From contig CAVUHW010000020.1 in the NCBI GenBank assembly GCA_963741205.1, positions 224,001 through 288,000 on the forward strand: 64,000 bases of DNA, in the 5' to 3' direction. Positions within the stretch are counted from its first letter, which is position 1, and every line of letters begins with the position of its first letter. A program made the translations under genes and the position numbers. The notes under the pieces were generated by a model, which saw only the letters and a program-made list of their open reading frames with translations, was not told where the DNA came from and did not search any database. This DNA is from Nitrospirota bacterium. Lineage in GTDB: Bacteria; Nitrospirota; UBA9217. Positions 60,784 to 64,000 of the stretch are shown here, piece by piece.

Positions 60784-60875
60784 CGAGGGACGACGGACGA
60801 TCTCTCCTGAAGAAGCTAGGACGATAGAAAACCCTTTGCGTCTCTCGTCCCTCGTCCGTCGTCCCTCGTCTCTCG
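60784..60875. repeat. Degenerate heptamer inverted repeat (GACGAGG)n...(CCTCGTC)n
   Basis: CGAGGGACGACGGACGA ... TCTCGTC CCTCGTC CGTCGTC CCTCGTC TCTCG. Confidence 0.65.
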
Positions 60876-61973
60876 CTACTTCCTCAGCACCAGTTTCGCC
60901 GCCAGGATCGCCTTCGCCCTCTTTAAATGTTTCTTCAGCTCCTCGCTGTCGTCGACGGCGAGGTGTATCTCCTTCGCGATCTCGTCTTCTCCGGCGGCGC
61001 TGGCCTTCCCTGCCCATTCACGGTAGTTTTCCACGTGGCTGTCTCCGTGCTCGATCCAGTGGTCGAGCATGACCAGAAGTTTCCTCAGGTCTTCGGTCCC
61101 GGGACCGTGTTCGTGATCCCCCCCGTGGCTATGGTGTTTGTGGGTGTCGTGCATCGCTCCTCCGTCTGCATGAATATGCCCATAGTGCCCGTGCCGGTGC
61201 ACGTGAGTCGTGTCTCCATGATAGTGGGCGTGCTCATGGATCAGGTTGACTTTAAGCAGCAGTTCATCATCACGGATAATGTCATGAAACAGGCCGTCCG
61301 CCGCTATCGTATGGTCTTCCGAGATCACGACGGCGCGGTCGGCGATATCATCGGCGATCGACAGGTCATGCGTGGCCGAAATGATCGTCTTCCCCTTCTG
61401 ATGAAGTCCGTGCAGGATTTCGATGAGCCAGACCTGTGTCCGCGGATCCAGGCCGCTCGTCGGCTCGTCGAGCAGAAGCACTTCAGGGTCCGTCGCCAGG
61501 CTCGACGCAATGGCCACCTTCTTTTTCTGTCCGTCGGACAGCGTGTGCGGGGCGCGCTCGCCGAGGTCCGTGATGTTGAGCGACTCGAGAAGGCCGTTCA
61601 CGATCTCCCGGATCTCCGCGTGAGGCAGGCCGAGTTGAAGCGGGCCGAATGCGATTTCGTCCCAGACCGTAGCTGAAAAGAGCTGAACGTCCGGATTTGA
61701 AAAAACAAAGGCCACGCGTTTCCGGAAATCCATGGAGAAGGAGCGATCTTCGAACGTCTCCTCCGACAGCGTCCGCCCGAAGGCGCTGACGGACCCTGAC
61801 TTCGGGAAGACCAGGCCGTCGAGCAGGGAAAGGAGCGTGGACTTGCCCGTGCCGTTCGCCCCGAGGACCGCGATCCGCTCTCCGGAATGGAAATCGAGCG
61901 TCACGTCCTTCAGGACCGCCGCCCCGTTCGCGTAGGAATACATAACCTTCTGTAAACTGAAGACCGCCGTCAC
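60876..61973 (-). CDS. cbiO: Co/Ni ECF transporter ATPase CbiO/NikO with His-rich tail, in frame with a small His-rich helical domain (own RBS and ATG at 61154)
   Basis: GANGTGKS, LSDGQKKK, LLDEP; HEHAHYHGDTTHVHRHGH; then GGAGG-ATG MHDTHKHH...LDHWIEHGDSH. Confidence 0.88.
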   Translation of the reverse strand: MTAVFSLQKVMYSYANGAAVLKDVTLDFHSGERIAVLGANGTGKSTLLSLLDGLVFPKSGSVSAFGRTLSEETFEDRSFSMDFRKRVAFVFSNPDVQLFSATVWDEIAFGPLQLGLPHAEIREIVNGLLESLNITDLGERAPHTLSDGQKKKVAIASSLATDPEVLLLDEPTSGLDPRTQVWLIEILHGLHQKGKTIISATHDLSIADDIADRAVVISEDHTIAADGLFHDIIRDDELLLKVNLIHEHAHYHGDTTHVHRHGHYGHIHADGGAMHDTHKHHSHGGDHEHGPGTEDLRKLLVMLDHWIEHGDSHVENYREWAGKASAAGEDEIAKEIHLAVDDSEELKKHLKRAKAILAAKLVLRK

Positions 61974-62845
61974 CGGGCCGCGCCCCTTTCAAACAGGATA
62001 AGCGCGACGCCCCCGGCGAGCACGGCTGAAAGCCAGAGCAGGTCGAGGGGACCGCTCTTTAACCGGTTGACGGACCTGAACTCTCCGTGAAAACCGCGGG
62101 AGAGCATCGCCTTATAGACGTCGTCGCTCATCTCCACCGACTTTCTGAACGTGACTCCGATGCGTGACGCGGTCCAACTCCGCTCGACGGCGGCGGAAAA
62201 GGGCTTGATGGTCCTGCTCTTCCTGGCCTTGTACATGTCCTGGACCAGGCGAAGAAAAACGAAGAGGTACCGCTCGGTCATGCTGAGTGTCATGACGAAT
62301 ACGCGGGGCACGAAAAGCGCGCGGAGACCGGCGAAGATATCCGCCCAGCGATGCGTCAACGTAAACAGCACGGCAAAAGAGACCGATGCAGCCACGCGGG
62401 ACACGAACACAATCCCGCCCCAGAGCCCCTGGCGCGTAACGGCGATTTCAGCGGGGAACGTGTAAGGGCCCCACGAGTAAGAACGGGAGAGCTTCAGCAG
62501 CACCCAAACCGGTTCCCCCGGCGTGATGATGTTCAGGAGCGCTGGAAGAACGATGGCCGCCGAGAAGAGAGGCACGAACAGCCAGACGCGCTTTACAAAG
62601 AACCACAGCGGCACCCGGGAAAAAGCGGCGAGCGCCAGGCCTGCGCCGTAGACCAGCCAGAGGGCCTGCGGCGTATGAAGCAGGCTGATGACGACGAGAA
62701 TGAACAGAAAGGTAACGAGCTGGAACCTGATGTCGAGGGACTGCAAGAGTCCGCGCCGGTTGGCGTACTGCTCCGAAAACAATGACTGTTCAGCCACGTC
62801 AGTGATTGCCAGCAGCGTCTTGTCGAGAAAAGTCGTTCTTACCAC
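61970..62845 (-). CDS. cbiQ: Co/Ni ECF transporter T component CbiQ/NikQ
   Basis: GLLQSLD, multiple TM segments, KARKSR, AMLSRGF. Confidence 0.9.
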   Translation of the reverse strand: MVRTTFLDKTLLAITDVAEQSLFSEQYANRRGLLQSLDIRFQLVTFLFILVVISLLHTPQALWLVYGAGLALAAFSRVPLWFFVKRVWLFVPLFSAAIVLPALLNIITPGEPVWVLLKLSRSYSWGPYTFPAEIAVTRQGLWGGIVFVSRVAASVSFAVLFTLTHRWADIFAGLRALFVPRVFVMTLSMTERYLFVFLRLVQDMYKARKSRTIKPFSAAVERSWTASRIGVTFRKSVEMSDDVYKAMLSRGFHGEFRSVNRLKSGPLDLLWLSAVLAGGVALILFERGAAR

Positions 62846-62866
62846 GTTAGTTCACCCGAGGACCGG

Positions 62867-63214
62867 TCATTTCCGTTCGTTGGGGCCGTCCTTGCGAACG
62901 AGCAACTTCGACAGAAGATACACGAGGCCCGCAACCGCTGCGACGCCGACAACGCCGGAAAGGACATATCCGAACCCGCCGCCCACAAGCCCCTGCCCCG
63001 TTCCGGGGACGGCGTAGTCGGGCATCGGCGCCTTCCATCTCCCTGCCAGCCGTCTCATTCCTTCAGGGACATAACCCACGAGCTTTTCAATCTGATGAAG
63101 TCCCCACTCGCCCCACGCGCCCTGCGCGCCGAACATCGCGGGGAGCATCAAGCCCAGCGGTGAAAGCAGAACAAGAAGGCCGATACCTATCCAAAGCTTC
63201 TTTGTCGTGGTCAT
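62867..63214 (-). CDS. ECF accessory component (NikN/PDGLE-like)
   Basis: LSPLGL, AWGEWG, APMPDY; two TM segments. Confidence 0.82.
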   Translation of the reverse strand: MTTTKKLWIGIGLLVLLSPLGLMLPAMFGAQGAWGEWGLHQIEKLVGYVPEGMRRLAGRWKAPMPDYAVPGTGQGLVGGGFGYVLSGVVGVAAVAGLVYLLSKLLVRKDGPNERK

Positions 63215-63276
63215 CTTTTGGACCATGGCAACCGCGTTGCCGTTAACAAATGCCGACACGGTCGGCTTGCTCCAAA

Positions 63277-63945
63277 TTATACTAGCATCCCGGGATCGTT
63301 TTTCTGGAGATACTTTATGACGAGGGCCGTGACCGCCGCTTCGGCAAAACCGAACACAAGGAGGTGTTGGAGCAGCATCGCCGGCACCGCGACCTGCAAG
63401 GGAAAGGGCGCGTACAGGGGCTGCCCCGACGACGAACGCTCAAGCACGGGCTGCAGACCCAATTGAATCGACGCAAGCAGCGCAGACACATTCAGGCTTA
63501 CGTACGAGGCAATCGCACCGGCGATCACCTTCCTGCGGCTCGCGGGGCCGGCCCCCGCGGCAACGGCGCGGTATATGCCGTAGCCGACAAACGAGCCCGC
63601 GATCGCCATATTAAAACAATTCGCGCCGATCGCCGTGATGCCCCCATCGCCGAAGAGCAGGGCCTGGATGATGAGCGCAGCCGAGACGGCGATCACCGCG
63701 GCCCAGGGGCCGAGCAGGATGGCAACGAGGGTGGCTCCGGTCGCATGTCCCGTCGTACCGCCGACGATCGGGATGTTGAACATCATGATGACGAAGGTAA
63801 ACGCCGCGCCGATCGCGAGATAGGGCGCCTGCTTGGCCTTGAGGGACCTGTTCAATTTCCAGGACGCCGCAACCCAGAAGGGGATCGTGATCCCGTAGAG
63901 GGTCCCATAGGTTGCTGGGCCAAGATACCCGTCAGGGATGTGCAT
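63277..63945 (-). CDS. cbiM: Co/Ni ECF transporter S component CbiM/NikM
   Basis: N-terminal metal-binding MHIPDG, GTTGH, QALLFGDGGITAIGAN. Confidence 0.93.
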   Translation of the reverse strand: MHIPDGYLGPATYGTLYGITIPFWVAASWKLNRSLKAKQAPYLAIGAAFTFVIMMFNIPIVGGTTGHATGATLVAILLGPWAAVIAVSAALIIQALLFGDGGITAIGANCFNMAIAGSFVGYGIYRAVAAGAGPASRRKVIAGAIASYVSLNVSALLASIQLGLQPVLERSSSGQPLYAPFPLQVAVPAMLLQHLLVFGFAEAAVTALVIKYLQKNDPGMLV

Positions 63946-64000
63946 GCAGGACCTTACGATACATAAAGCGGCCTCCGGCCGCAGCCAAACTCGATGCTGG

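Noticed and set aside
3073-60875. Short repeats as CRISPR arrays
   Set aside because: Units are 7-8 nt, degenerate and inverted, with no unique spacers and no cas genes.
973-61000. Numerous frameshifts as programmed recoding or mass pseudogenisation
   Set aside because: They also hit essential genes (era, accC, nusB, ribE), show no shared slippery motif, and leave the domains otherwise intact. Uncorrected long-read indels are the simplest explanation.
250-63966. Long antisense or alternate-frame ORFs (e.g. 910-1644, 13634-14770, 35543-36820, 45569-46894, 48076-49281)
   Set aside because: Shadow ORFs of GC-rich coding strands; they have no recognisable motifs and fully overlap well-supported genes.
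63946-64000. Cobalamin riboswitch or NikR box that would decide Co vs Ni specificity of the ECF operon
   Set aside because: Only 55 nt of upstream sequence is in the window and nothing diagnostic is visible.

Overview
64 kb of a GC-rich (visually ~55-60%) bacterial chromosome. Gene content and order suggest an anaerobic or microaerophilic Nitrospirota or Desulfobacterota-like organism (inference). Single-base indels split many genes, including essential ones (era, accC, nusB, ribE), so the assembly probably carries uncorrected long-read errors; I joined the fragments. Layout: (1) 1-4.3 kb housekeeping (ALS-like, DedA, era, nadA, rmuC). (2) 4.4-15.5 kb: a diheme-c sensor diguanylate cyclase, then a divergent module bracketed by two tatA copies. 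Its left arm is a sigma54-driven operon (small FAEEG-motif proteins, TauE/SafE transporter, USP). Its right arm is a Lon protease with an internal receiver domain, a histidine kinase and a sigma54 activator. (3) 16-24.6 kb: a respiratory operon encoding two cupredoxin-like proteins, a Cyc2-like cytochrome-porin, a CydA-like (bd-like) protein without CydB, two membrane monoheme cytochromes, a diheme/EB_dh (alt-NxrC-like) protein and a USP. It ends at an IS/patatin deletion scar. (4) 26-31 kb: a MalT/SARP-BTAD regulator with a tandem-repeat promoter and a low-GC lipoprotein. (5) 31-50 kb: core genes (purH-like, livHK, thiE, accCB, efp, aroQ, OFOR beta/gamma, tRNA-Phe, purFB, nusB, rib genes). 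(6) 50-64 kb: accessory genes (Omp85-like, GNATs, OsmC, vapBC, esterase, PLP enzymes, FmdE, Ni/Co ECF transporter). The best candidates for undescribed systems are the Cyc2-cupredoxin-bd-like-alt-NxrC envelope-spanning electron chain and the receiver-domain Lon/TauE/USP signalling module. No database searches were run.
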